A stretch of DNA of 59,657 nt, filler included, from Squatina squatina (taxonomy: Eukaryota), in the NCBI GenBank assembly GCA_031763465.1. It is 3 parts of 3 records of this genome, joined end to end, with 100 filler letters (N's around TTAATTAATTAA, not from the genome) between each part and the next. Parts side by side here need not be neighbours in the genome. Positions count along the whole stretch, not along the records: positions 29,287 to 43,035 come from JARFOE010000057.1; positions 43,136 to 59,657 come from JARFOE010000219.1; 1 more part is not named here. One strand, written 5' to 3'. Of the stretch, positions 40,614-52,806 are shown one piece after another. A program made the position numbers and the translations under genes. Each line of letters begins with the position of its first letter. The stretch's first letter is position 1. A model generated the notes under the pieces. That model was not told the origin of the DNA, made no database searches, and was given only the letters and a program-made list of their open reading frames with translations.

Positions 40614-42566
40614 CTATGGATGAGGGATTGATTAAGACAAGTAGAAAATAAATGATGCATGCACCAAACAATACACACACACCACACACACACACACACA
40701 CCAAAGACTGGCCTGCCATTCTCCTGCGACTTGTAACAGCTAAAGCAAGACAGCAGCTGAAGCAGAGGAGAGCTACAAGGCGTGACGAACAGTATACAAG
40801 TGAGAGAAGCATGAAAGGCAGTACAAAGCCTTTTGAGAGTCGAAAGTGTTGCTGCACGGATACTGAACAGTGTCTGACATCGAACACAGGACATCGATTA
40901 CCAAACTTAAAGTGAGAGTGTTGGGACAGGCTGCAGATTGGCAGCGATGAAGAGAAAGGCAAAAACAATATGCGTTTGCAGCTTAGCGACTGAATGCTCT
41001 GAATATCTAAAACACACACAATATAATAAATAAAGATTGCACAGTCAGGGTTCTCGCTAGGGTTTTAGAAACTCCTGGGGATTTGAAAAATCTCAAGGCT
41101 CATTTCACAGAAACAACTTTTAGAAAGCTCTTGATTTTGCACTATATTGTCTTGCATTAAATTTATATGATCGATGTACTTGCATTTTTTGCTTCAATTT
41201 AATACTTCCGAATGTAGTTTGTCGAATGTAAATCTGTTGCCCTCCCTCCCCCAACATAACACTCACACATGCACACGCCTGTGGTGGCACCTTTGGTAAT
41301 CCACAGTCAACAGCCCTGTAAATGTTAACATCCCACCGAAAGTCCAATGAGATGAGAACAAATTCAAGTTTCACATTAACGGGAACCCTGCAAGCGGCTA
41401 CCAGCGGAAAGAAGCAGGACAACATCGACACAACTGCTTGCGGTAAACTGCAGCACCCAGAGACCAAGGACAGCAGCTGGTTAGCTCAAATAACACAAGT
41501 GATTATGGCACAGTGCAAGCTGAGGTGCAGAGAGAAAGACGCCTCTATTTAACGTGTCCTGTTAAGTGCAGGATAATGGATACCTGTGGGGGGGGTGGTG
41601 TCACAGTTGTGGAATCCGGATTGGGAAATATCACTCAAATATATAGACATACAAGCTGTATGTGAAATTCCTCAGTGAGCATTTCACACTGGAGCGAGAG
41701 TCTGATCATTTCTTGGTGCTTCAGAAGNNNNNNNNNNNNNNNNNNNNNNNNNNNNNNNNNNNNNNNNNNNNNNNNNNNNNNNNNNNNNNNNNNNNNNNNN
41801 NNNNNNNNNNNNNNNNNNNNNNNNNNNNNNNNNNNNNNNNNNNNNNNNNNNNNNNNNNNNNNNNNNNNNNNNNNNNNNNNNNNNNNNNNNNNNNNNNNNN
41901 NNNNNNNNNNNNNNNNNNNNNNNNNNNNNNNNNNNNNNNNNNNNNNNNNNNNNNNNNNNNNTATTGGAATTCTTCTAAGGCCCTTAGCAAGGGTGGTGCT
42001 CTCGCTCTTAAGTTTTGCATTGGCTGTTGAACTGCTAACCGTCACCATTCCTGGCACTGCAGACTGGCAAACACGAACTACAACATCCCCTAGGATTGTT
42101 GATGATCCGCCTATCTGTAGCTGTCAGCTCGTTGCCTCTCTCCCATGTATTAATATTCAGCATTATACTTTTGTGACCCAGGAAGACCAATTATCTCTGC
42201 AACGTAGTTCTCCCTGACTGGCAGCACGAATTGTGGCATCTCATACTCAACCCATTGCTTTCTTTTGTCCACATCATTAATGAGTGTCCAAGATTGTAAA
42301 CTCTCTCCATTTCAAAATAGATTTTCAGATTTGGAAAGCATTTTGGACAAGTTTGGCAATGATGTGATTTGAAATTGGGAGTTAGGCAGGGATTTAGGTC
42401 ACCAACCCTCCAGGATTGGCTTGGCGTCTCCAGGACACTGGAGCAAAAGCAGGAGAAAAATAATCTGTGCCTTTTTTAATAAAATTAAAAATAAAATCTA
42501 TTAAGTTATCGTACTATTTTACTACAGCTAGTGCATGCAAAGCAAGAAGGTGAAAGGTCAAAGTAC

Positions 42567-42620
42567 CAGGTCAAAGGTTGCCTCGAGGGATCGCTTCAGT
42601 GATCTTACAGCTGGCTGAGT
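42567..42620 (-). CDS. MBNL3: Muscleblind-like 54-nt cassette exon
   Basis: TTAAG|TQPAVRSLKRSLEATFDL|GTAC, exactly 54 nt, homologous to MBNL1 TQSAVKSLKRPLEATFDL. Confidence 0.88.
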
Positions 42621-42765
42621 CTTAAATAACAGGCAGCGAGCACATGGATGGCAATGGGCCAATGGGGTTCAAGCGCATTAACATTAACAGCAAGCAGAGG
42701 TGCGTCATAGGGCAGCAATACATTGTGGGTGGGTGAAGAGAAAAAAAAACAATCTGAATGCATTA
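42621..42765 (-). promoter_or_regulatory. Intronic splicing-control region upstream of the 54-nt exon (AG-exclusion zone, YGCY cluster, distal pyrimidine tract)
   Basis: No AG on the minus strand from 42753 to 42623; TGCT/CGCT/TGCC motifs; U-rich tract about 110-130 nt upstream of the acceptor. Confidence 0.75.
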
Positions 42766-43079
42766 TACAACTTATTAAAAAGAACAAGCATGCATAACAA
42801 AAGGTGTTTACTACTGTTATCGTACAACCATATCATCACAAACAGACACCTTGCACTCTACGCAAGCGACCGTCACATAAATGTTTGGAATCACCAAAGG
42901 AAAAACTAACATTTGTGTCAAAAGAAAGCAAAAATGGGCCAGACAAACTTAAACACTTTGGGTGGGGAGGAGCTGTCACTGACGGTGTCATCAAAAACAC
43001 GAACTCGCCATGTGAGGAGCCGCAAACGCGGACTCNNNNNNNNNNNNNNNNNNNNNNNNNNNNNNNNNNNNNNNNNNNN

Positions 43080-43091
43080 TTAATTAATTAA
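43080..43091. other. Artificial scaffold linker TTAATTAATTAA
   Basis: Same N44-12mer-N44 structure as at 29231. Confidence 0.95.
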
Positions 43092-43509
43092 NNNNNNNNN
43101 NNNNNNNNNNNNNNNNNNNNNNNNNNNNNNNNNNNCCCCATTAGCACCCCTCAGAGGTGCTAACGGGGCACGACTAGAGCTGAATTTCTTCCCCCCGCCC
43201 CCTTATAAAATTTTCAACACAGTGTCACTCCTTAGAGAAAGCAAATAGTAGCAGAGCATAGATATGTGAGCATGTTTGGTAATATGTTCTACTTTACTTT
43301 AGATGGGACGCTCCAGAGTCATTCTCCTAGTTCTGGTGGGCTCTCCAATCTGCCATCTTGTTCTTCTCGTTTTTATTCAGCTAACTCCAATGAACAAAAA
43401 ACAAATGGGAGTAAAGATACTCTTCCAAAGAAGTTTAACTTGTAAGTCTGCATGCAAAGTTATTCCTCAGATTGCTAGGTAAACAAACATTTTCACAAAT
43501 CAGATTCTT

Positions 43510-43755
43510 TTAATAAAAATGGTTGTGAATCTTTGGACTTCTCTACCCGAGAAGGCTGTGGATGCTCAGGTGTTCAGTATATTCAGAACAGAGATTTATA
43601 TATTTTTGGACTCTAAGGGAATCAAGGGATATGGGGCTAGGGCAGGAAAGTGGAGTTGAGGTAGAAGATCAGCAGTAATCTTATTGAATGGTGGAGCAGG
43701 CTTGAAGGGCCGAATGGCCTACTCCTGCTCCAATTTCTCAGGTATCTTATGTTCT
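43510..43755 (+). mobile_element. CR1-clade LINE 3' end
   Basis: Reverse complement of the 20935-21215 family. Confidence 0.75.
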
Positions 43756-44937
43756 TAAAATAAAATTCTCCCATTTGCTTACTTCCCCTACTTTCCTGAC
43801 GGCACCACATCTTGATTGTCATGGCTCCACAACTGCCAGATGTCCTGTGCTATCTATTCTAAAATGCTCATTCTTCATGTGTAAGCCAAATGGGTCCTGG
43901 TGTGCCATTTACTCACTGAGCGATTCAGAGTGAAAACAAACCATATCTACACATTTGCACTGTCTAGCAGAGGTTACTGGATAGCAATCTGAAAGGGGAG
44001 CAAAGTCTATTTTTTCCCGCCCATTCACTGTTGTAATACCAGAGCAGAGACCAAATACAATGATCCAATTGCGCTGCAGTAATCAAATTTAGAACCGTTT
44101 GGCTTAGGCTTCCCACCTCTATNNNNNNNNNNNNNNNNNNNNNNNNNNNNNNNNNNNNNNNNNNNNNNNNNNNNNNNNNNNNNNNNNNNNNNNNNNNNNN
44201 NNNNNNNNNNNNNNNNNNNNNNNNNNNNNNNNNNNNNNNNNNNNNNNNNNNNNNNNNNNNNNNNNNNNNNNNNNNTGCTCAAATGTCCCAGTTTCTTGGA
44301 GCGAGAGACAGAACCCTGACTGCACATGAGCAGTCTTGACGAGACGCGAATGCACATGCGCAGACTGATTGTCCCGGTTTGGGAATCTTCAGATCTGGTC
44401 AGCTTACCTGCTGCCCCCAGCTGAATTTCCAACCCTGGGTCACTTACATGTTGGAGGTGGGTTTCCCAGTCTCCACCAGTGTGTTACATGAGTATGAGGA
44501 CAGAGAAAGAGGTGACCACTGAGTTGCCTACTTCAAAAAAGTATTTTAATTAAAGATTTGTTATCAAGCTAATGAGGCCTATGCTTGGCGTCACTTTTTA
44601 CCCCAGGTTCCCTCTGCTCCTCTCTGAATGCTGATTGCTGTGGCCTGGCAGACAACCTTCCTTCCAGCATTTCAAGAGTGCAAATGGCAAAGAGCCCAGT
44701 CTTTACCATTTGTATGTCTCTACCATGCTGAACAGTTTACCCTGACAGAACAGTTCCGTCAGAAACAGTGGGGATGTGGGGTTTCTGCAAAGTGTGTTCC
44801 CCTAGCTGCTTTCTGCTTCAGCCCACTGCAGCTTTGCTGAAAAATCTGTTGGTGGAGGTGGAAAACCTAGGCCAATATCTGCATGGCTTAATGCCATATT
44901 AGGCAGTGCATTTACCATCTCGATTTTTTAAATGCAG

Positions 44938-47750
44938 GCTTGTGAAGAAAACCTAATGTAAGCAACATGGGTTCCTTTTTTAAAAAACACTTAGGCAATA
45001 TATCTTAGTTCCTTTATTAAAGCAGAACAAATTCTATGGAACAGTATTGCTAACTTTTTATTTGAACAAATGATTTTTACTTTTTTTAATGAAGGAAAAG
45101 CAGAAAATCAAACCCTTAACAATATGGAAAGAAAGGGTGCAATCCATGGACAGTGATTTCATGAAGCAGATCAGTGACTTCTTCAAAGCCAAGTTTCAGT
45201 AAGCGTCTGGTGATTTTGCAAGCTGTGAGGAATAGACATATTTGTCTGACCACCTAGTCTTGAAGAGGAAGCACTCCAGTTTGAAGTAAAGATTGTATTT
45301 GTGCTTTCCCAAAAGTAACTTATTCTCATATTTTATTTTTCATGTCAGCTGTTATTTGAATATTACTGCATATATCCTTGTTTGCTATACAGTGATCGAA
45401 ATTCATTAAAGAAAGCTTACACAGCTTTCAGCAGCTACGACCGCAAATACCTCCAAGTACCCTGATGGGTACGCACAAAGAAATTTAAAATTGTAAATTT
45501 GTCTCCGTGCCCTTGAGTTGTCTTCTTCTTGCTTGCAAGAAAATGGACTTAAAGAGTTTGACATAATGATGTAACCATATTCACTCCCAAGCATGTCTGG
45601 GGAAGTCTTTCTGCTGTGGGTGGCAGCTAGAAACAACCCAGGTTGTTTGTGGATTTTAAACATCATTCGTTCATCTATAATGACTGACAGGGTGACACAA
45701 AACCTTTGTAAAGTTGTGTTGTAAATTATTGAATTTCCTGGTTCTTGAAACATTTACTTTTGCTTAATTTTATGCATAAGTGGAGCTTTTAACTTCTCCG
45801 CCTGAACAATGACAAACTACCATGTTCAAGTTGAATAATTTCAAGCCTGGTGCCAAATTGTAACTCAGCAGGTAACTGTGATGAAATACAGATCCAAGTT
45901 AAAATAATAAAAATTTAACACAAACGATTGAACTAAGAAACAAACTTCCAAGAGTTACGTTCCCAGCAAACCCAAGTTTACTGAAGCAGTGGAACAATAC
46001 AGTTTTATCTGGTCCTCGTTCAGTGATTAATTTGACCAATTTATCCAAACCTCATAAATGAGTAAAGTAGCAGTTCTATACTGTTGTTAAAGGGACATGG
46101 CTGCCTTTTGTATTGATTTTACAGGACGTTTTTATTCTGCTTATCTATGAAGCAGAGCTCAGAGTAAAATGATGACGTCAACCTCAGTGTGTGCAACATT
46201 TTGAAACTACATGAGAGATATTTGCACTGCAACTAATGTATTTGCTACAGGGTAACTTCTATCTGTAGCCAGAGGCAGTACTTGAACTGAGATTTTACAG
46301 CAATCTGTTTTGGATGCTGAGCCTGCCTGGAAACCACCCGACATGGTGCAAACTGCTCTTTAATTTAAACATAATTCTGCAAGCCCACATAATTTAATAA
46401 ATTAGCTACATTACAATCCTTGAAGCAAATCAGGGTGTTCTAGGGACCTATTTCTTGAACTCCAGGCACAATTATATTCCAGCTTGCACACCTGAAGAAA
46501 GTATTTTTCTGGGGGCCGCTGGCAGACTGAAACTCTTCACCAGCCCATTGTTAAAGTCACCTATTAAACCAGAAATTCAAAGATTGTTAACGTATAAGTT
46601 TTCCAAAAAAAAAGAAATCCATGAATGGAGGTCTGCTGGATAGTACTTGGGAAAACTCCTTTTAGTAAAACAGCTATATGTCAAGTATTAAAGGGGCATT
46701 CCTTCAGAAACAGGATTCTACGCACTAAAATTACAATTGAAATAATTCTGGCTGAAAATTTAAATGTGCCCTCTTAAGTTGTAACTTCTATATTTCTGAT
46801 CAAATATGCACCTCAGCGGTGCACCTCACACTCTCTCTGTGAGTTAGCCATTTTGAGTACATTTTGGCAGAAGCTGGCATAACACAGTCATGTTTCCCAG
46901 TATCACTGACAGTGCTGCCAAGTGTGGATTGGATTTCAGCCAACATGTGGGTGCCAAATGAAAATGATGCAAAACTGCTACTTGGAGTTCACCTCACTCT
47001 CGTTGGTACTGGCTGGCATCAGCAACGTCCTTTTTTTGTCTTGGTGTGATGAAAATATCAGCATGGCACCCATACTAAAAATGGTGTTTAATGATAGCAT
47101 TAAATATCCTATATCTGTGCCCTGCATTGATTTCAGAAAGTTTCAAGAGGTCTGTACCAGTCATTTGATGTTTATTTTAACAGTAGTACAATATGTACTA
47201 GCTTGATGAAACTGAATGTAACAAATTACTTAAAAATCTGAAGTGTTTCTATTTGTGTTGCTCTGAAAGGTGCAGTTTTTTAATGAAGCTTTGCATACTG
47301 TATAGAAACTGCAAACACTATATTATGTCATGCAGGATTTCAGTATTATCAATTGTTGGCATGTGTTACCAACATATCTAGTATGTACATTTTACCTACT
47401 TGGTTCTGTCTTCTCATGTTGCAACCTGATGGCAATTTGAAATAATTTCTGGTAACCAGAGATTTATAATAAATTTTCAGTGTTGAGTTTAGATTCTCAT
47501 TGTAAAACTTTTCAGGTACAATGTATTGTATTACTTTTCAATTAATCATCTTCAGATTTGAATATTGTAATTCCTTGATTTGATTTAAAATCATACTGCA
47601 CCATTTTCCACCCACAAGACTGAGCGATACTTTCTGTAAGATTTCGCCATATATTGTAAATAACCATGTATAATTGCACAAGAGTTACATTGTAAGCATG
47701 TAAAAGATATGCAAATGTATTGTTTTTTAATAAGATAAAATTGAAATTAA
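44938..47750 (+). other. Candidate terminal exon with short coding tail and long 3' UTR, gene unidentified
   Basis: TTTTTTAAATGCAG acceptor, stops in all three frames by 44961, then about 2.8 kb of repeat-free AT-rich sequence with AATAAA at 47468. Confidence 0.35.
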
Positions 47751-48960
47751 TTTTTAATTTTTATTTTGTTTAGCATGTCCCATGAATCTCTTTTTAAAGC
47801 TGATTTTGCATAAATTCCTTTGTCACATACCTACTGTACTGTCTTGCTACAAGAATATTTAGAAACAGTGTTATGGATTCGATGTGCATACTGATGTAAA
47901 TATGGCCTTAATCAAATTGAGCTATGCAGTCTAAATACCTGGCTTTGTGAAAAACTTTAAACAGGTAATGTCAACTTAAGTTCTGTTACAGTTGTGTGTT
48001 ACATATTCTTAGGTAAGTTATAAACTCTAAATAGAAACTCAGCAATGCTGTTGGTGTTTGTTATCTTGCACAAAACCATAACTTGCATGTTACTGGCACA
48101 TTTCAATTCATTCCCCCTTTTTTATAAAGAAAACAGTTTTCTGTTGTGGTCTGATTGTTTAAGAACATAAATCATGGCATGAGGAAAGGCCAGTATGTCT
48201 ATTAAACTTGAAAGAGGACTGACTAGAATCAGAGGGTTGTAAGAACGAGACCTAGGGCTGACGAACAACTTAAGTGTGCAGTTTCATCACTTCTCAGCTT
48301 GGTGCCAAGTTGGAGCAGTGTATTGTGGTGGACAATTTCACCTTGGGAGAGAAAAGACAGAACCTCATGCGGTCTGAATTNNNNNNNNNNNNNNNNNNNN
48401 NNNNNNNNNNNNNNNNNNNNNNNNNNNNNNNNNNNNNNNNNNNNNNNNNNNNNNNNNNNNNNNNNNNNNNNNNNNNNNNNGTATCAAGGGACATGGATCA
48501 AAGGCGGGTAAATGGAGCTGACATACAGATCAGTCATGATCTCATTGAGTGGTGGAACAGGCTCGAGGGCCTGAACAGCCTATTCCTGCTCCAATGTTTA
48601 ATTTGGGGACATACACAGTTACTTTACAATCATACTAATAAGGCTTAAATATTTGGCTATTGAGATGCCACTAGCCTCATATTAATTCTCATAAAGCTAA
48701 TCTACAATTTTTACAAGAGAAATTGTGGAACTCTTTACTTCCTTCACTCTTACTTTCTTCCAACAACCTACAGCTATTTAAAACCAAGCTTTGTGTCACT
48801 TAGCTGCCACCACTTGATTTATTTCACCCATTCTTTTCAGCCTAAGTGATGTCTTCATTTTGCTTAGCAATTCAAAAAAAATAGTGAAGTTGCTTCCTTT
48901 AATGAATACTTTAAAATGATTTCATACACTCAATCAAAAACTTTGGGAAAACAATCTTAC

Positions 48961-49337
48961 CTTTGAATAAGATGTAATTAGTAAACATAAGCTTGGTTTC
49001 ACTATCCACAGAGTCTAACAGCTTGTTGATTTTTCCATTTGTCCTATTGCAAATATATTGGTTAATAATATCTGTGGTATTCGCTGTCTCTTGAAAATTT
49101 ACTGGAGTAATATCAACATTATAAAAATGAGAAAGATCATCGACAAATGTTGATTTCAAATGAAGATCATCCTGTACAAACAGAGAACTTCCCTGTGAGA
49201 TAAGAAACCCTTTGTTCCTGGTGATGTTGCTGTGAAGCCACTGAAACAACATGTGCAATAGGTACTGGTTGTCGGTATTGACTAAATCTTGTATGTTGAG
49301 GCCTCGGAGTATGTCAGCATGCGTAGCTTGTTTAGCG
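48961..49337 (-). CDS. SERPINA10: Clade A serpin, SERPINA10 (protein Z-dependent protease inhibitor)-like, partial exon
   Basis: AKQATHADILRGLNIQDL...RNKGFLISQGSSLFV...TNGKINKLLDSVDSETKLMFTNYILFK(G)|GTAAG; phase-1 intron in FKG typical of clade A; QGS and ETKL..YILFKG resemble ZPI. Confidence 0.7.
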
Positions 49338-49526
49338 CTGTAAGAAGTGAGTGGAATATGCAACAGCCGCAATACAGTTATTTGCCTCCTCGCCCGGAGT
49401 CTTGCTGTGCCTCACCCCCGCAGCCCNNNNNNNNNNNNNNNNNNNNNNNNNNNNNNNNNNNNNNNNNNNNNNNNNNNNNNNNNNNNNNNNNNNNNNNNNN
49501 NNNNNNNNNNNNNNNNNNNNNNNNNN

Positions 49527-49868
49527 GCAATCTTAGGTCTGGTGAATAATAACCTTTGTTTGTATAATTCTCAGATTAAGTAGCTTTTACCTCTACTGAT
49601 TCCTGTACTTGAAAGAAATTGAACCTCTCGAGGCGAATAAATAAATCAACTTAATTGCTGATACTGAAAAGATGAAGAAAATTGCTATTTGTTTACAAGT
49701 TCTATGGGAAAAATTATGAGCAACTTTTATCACAAGATTGAGTAGTTTAAAACAAAGACTGTTGTTCACAATGGAACAAACTGACAGATGAGTGCTCCTG
49801 ATTAGATGGAAAGAATACTGGGAACGTTACAACAACAATTATTTTTTCTTTGAATACAGATCATAAGA
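49527..49868 (+). repeat. About 340-bp non-coding segment duplicated at 52807-53146
   Basis: Colinear, with shared blocks such as CTGATACTGAAAAGATGAAGAAAATTGCT and AATGGAACAAACTGACAGATGAG. Confidence 0.92.
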
Positions 49869-50206
49869 TAAAAGCAAGTCAAGCATAATTGGACGCATAT
49901 TTTGTTAATCAGTGGTTGTGATTTTTTGCATATAAAGTCACATTTATATATAAAATGCCATTTATTAATATTTTTTCCAGAACATTTGAAGGTGTTCAAT
50001 GATTCTTACCCTCTTAGTTCACTTATACTGCAGCCAGCAGTTTGAGACAGAACTGAGTCCAGTCAGACAGTACCTAGTTTTATACTGCCTGGCTCCAATC
50101 TCTTGCGGAAAAAAGAGCTCTGCTCACATAAGTTTAGAAACATTTGCAGAGCCCCCATTCCCAGCAGTTTCAAAGTTTAGAGGGCAACAGTAGGGCCACC
50201 TACACT

Positions 50207-50665
50207 TAGTGGCTCAGTGGGTAGTAATCTTGGCGTCTGAGTCAGAAGGTTGTGGGTTCAAGTCCCACTTCAGAGACTTGAGCACATAAATCTAGGCTGA
50301 CACTTCAGTGCAGTACTGAGGGAGTGCTACACTGCCGGAGATGCCATCTTGTGGATCAGACGTTAAACCGAGGCCTTGTCTGCTCTTACAAGAGGACATA
50401 AAAGATCCCGTGACACTATTTCGAAGAAGAGCAGGAGAGTTACTCCCGGTGTCCTGGCCAACATTTATCCCTCAAACAACATCACTAAAACAGATTATCT
50501 GGTCGTTATCACTTTGCTGTTTCTGGGAGCTTGCTGTGCACAAATTGGCTGCCGTGTTTCCTACATTACAACAGTGACTGCACTCCAAAAGTACTTCAGT
50601 GGCTATAAAGTGCTTTGGGACATCCGGTGGTCATGAAAGGTGCTATATAAATGCAAGTCTATCTT
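50207..50665 (+). mobile_element. Near full-length tRNA-headed DeuSINE (SacSINE1-like)
   Basis: Box A-like TGGCTCAGTGG, box B-like GGTTCAAGTCC, Deu core, LINE-like tail ending GCTATATAAATGCAAGT. Confidence 0.85.
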
Positions 50666-52555
50666 TTTGCATAATTACTGCGTTTTACTGCAGCTACCAG
50701 TCTGAGATGCTGTTTGGGTTGCATCCGGCCAGAACCATGTTTACATTGCTTGGCCCCTGTCCTGCTCGAATTCTAAATGTCCTGACCAGAAGAGAGCTCT
50801 GCACGTACATGAGTAGCTAATGTTTGGCAGTGTTATTGGAACTAATTGCATTTGTCCATCCGTAACTCAATCTTTCCCAGGATATCAAACTTCTCCCCTC
50901 CCTCATTCTTCCCTCCCTGCGACAATTTACAGGCTTTTAAAATCCGAGTGAGGGCCCACCTAACCACCAGTTCTTAATCTACCTGGTCTTTCCACCTCTG
51001 TCCTTGTATTATGGGCCTTGACCCTTCACCTAGATTTCTCAGTGTTAACAAAAACAGCGAGGAAATTCAAACTGAAATTTAATCGGGGGAAACTAACAAG
51101 GTTTCACACGATAATTGTGGTGTCAGTTTGAAGTGGTTTGCTGTGCACTACAGGGTAAATGCAGCCTGAATCCAGCATCAGGGCTTAACATGACTCCAGA
51201 ATTAAGCGCAGTAAGACTCCCTGGAGGCGGAAGTCTCACTGTACATCTCTTCAGAGTTACTTCAGGCCTTGACACCTGATTCATATTACAAGTTAAGTGG
51301 TGGCGTGAAGCAGATTCGTTTCCACACCAATGCTAAGCATGTGAAGTGTGATTGCACCATTCGTCTCAATAATGCAATTCAGTGGTAGCAACCCATGGAG
51401 CTATACAGCATTGAAATGTTTAAAGGATATCTGAAAATTATTAACAAGGTGAACTTTTGTACAGGTTGTGACACAAAGGTTGAGTCCATCAAGTGGCTGT
51501 GTAAACAAGTTTTAAAATAAATATGCACTGATTTTGGACTAGAAGGTTCAATTCATTTCAGTTGTTACTTTTTTATTTTATTAGTGCCAGTCACTGCTTA
51601 GGCTGATGGTATGAAAACACCTGTTACTCGATAAAACACCCAATAAATAAGTAAAATTAGTTCTTCTAGCACTCTGTCCTCCAATAGGTTTATTACCTAC
51701 AGACAGGGCAAATGCTCAATATTCATGCACGATTCAGAAGGTGGAGATAGAACGAGATTTGGGCATTCTAGTACACAGAACTTTAAAGGCACTTGAGCAA
51801 TGCCCTGTGGCGATAGCTGGAGCAAATATGGTGTTGGGGTGTGTCCGTAGGGCAATTGAGTATAAGACAAGGCATACTATGGTATTGGATGGTATTAAGG
51901 CTTCAGAAAGGGTGTAGAGGAGAGCCACGAGACTAATTCCCAGTTTAAGACATCTTCTGTGCCCAACTGGACGCTGAGCGCTCACTGGAAACGAGCACTA
52001 AACAGGCGTCAGTGGTCTAACGCACGTTGTCGGTTCTAATGGCTGCGCTGGTGAATTGGAGTGGCAGTAGCGCTGGCACTAAATGAGCGCTGCTCCTGCA
52101 GTGCGTGCAGCGCTGAAAATGGCGGGCCACCCTGCAATTGATGTAAGAAGTTTGTGGCTCTTAAAAATAGCGGTGACACAGCCTTTTTTTTTTGGCGGTG
52201 CCACCTGGTGGGAAGTGTTTTGCAGCGGTTTAGTTTTACAAAAACAGGCACAAATTATTTTATTTAAAAAATTGGGATTTTTTCATTAAAATTGCCTTGG
52301 AGGCATTGTGTGGGAGTTAAAAAGCACTTCACTAACATTGATATTTCCCGCTAACTGCCCAGTTTTGATTTTTTTTTAAAATCTGACTACTCAACCATGG
52401 GGGGCTTCACAAATGTTGGATTGGGTACTGAGGTGCAGGGAAGGGATCCTTTTGGNNNNNNNNNNNNNNNNNNNNNNNNNNNNNNNNNNNNNNNNNNNNN
52501 NNNNNNNNNNNNNNNNNNNNNNNNNNNNNNNNNNNNNNNNNNNNNNNNNNNNNNN

Positions 52556-52720
52556 GGAGCAGGCAAAACTACATTTACGCAATTTTTAGCGCAAGCTTTA
52601 GAGCTTGAAGAAACTGTAACTAGCCCAACATTTACGATTATGAAAAGCTACCATTCAGGAGTTTTGCCTTTACACCATATTGATGCTTATCGATTAGAAG
52701 GTTCAAAAGAAGATTTATAA
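52556..52720 (+). pseudogene. tsaE: Internal fragment of bacterial t6A biosynthesis ATPase TsaE (YjeE); probable contaminant or chimera
   Basis: GAGKTTFTQFLAQALELEETVTSPTFTIMKSYHSGVLPLHHIDAYRLEGSKEDL*: Walker A, SPTF and HxDxYRL signatures. Confidence 0.9.
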
Positions 52721-52806
52721 GCATATAGATCACAACCAATAGCACACAAAGTTCAGTGACCTGTAAATAAATCCATTCCTTGCACAATATATTCCATAGC
52801 AGACAG

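Noticed and set aside
50207-50275. tRNA gene
   Set aside because: It is the tRNA-derived head of a SINE and continues into the Deu core
52397-52720. Complete tsaE gene starting at 52397
   Set aside because: The upstream ATG is in a different contig across a 100-N gap and shows no TsaE similarity
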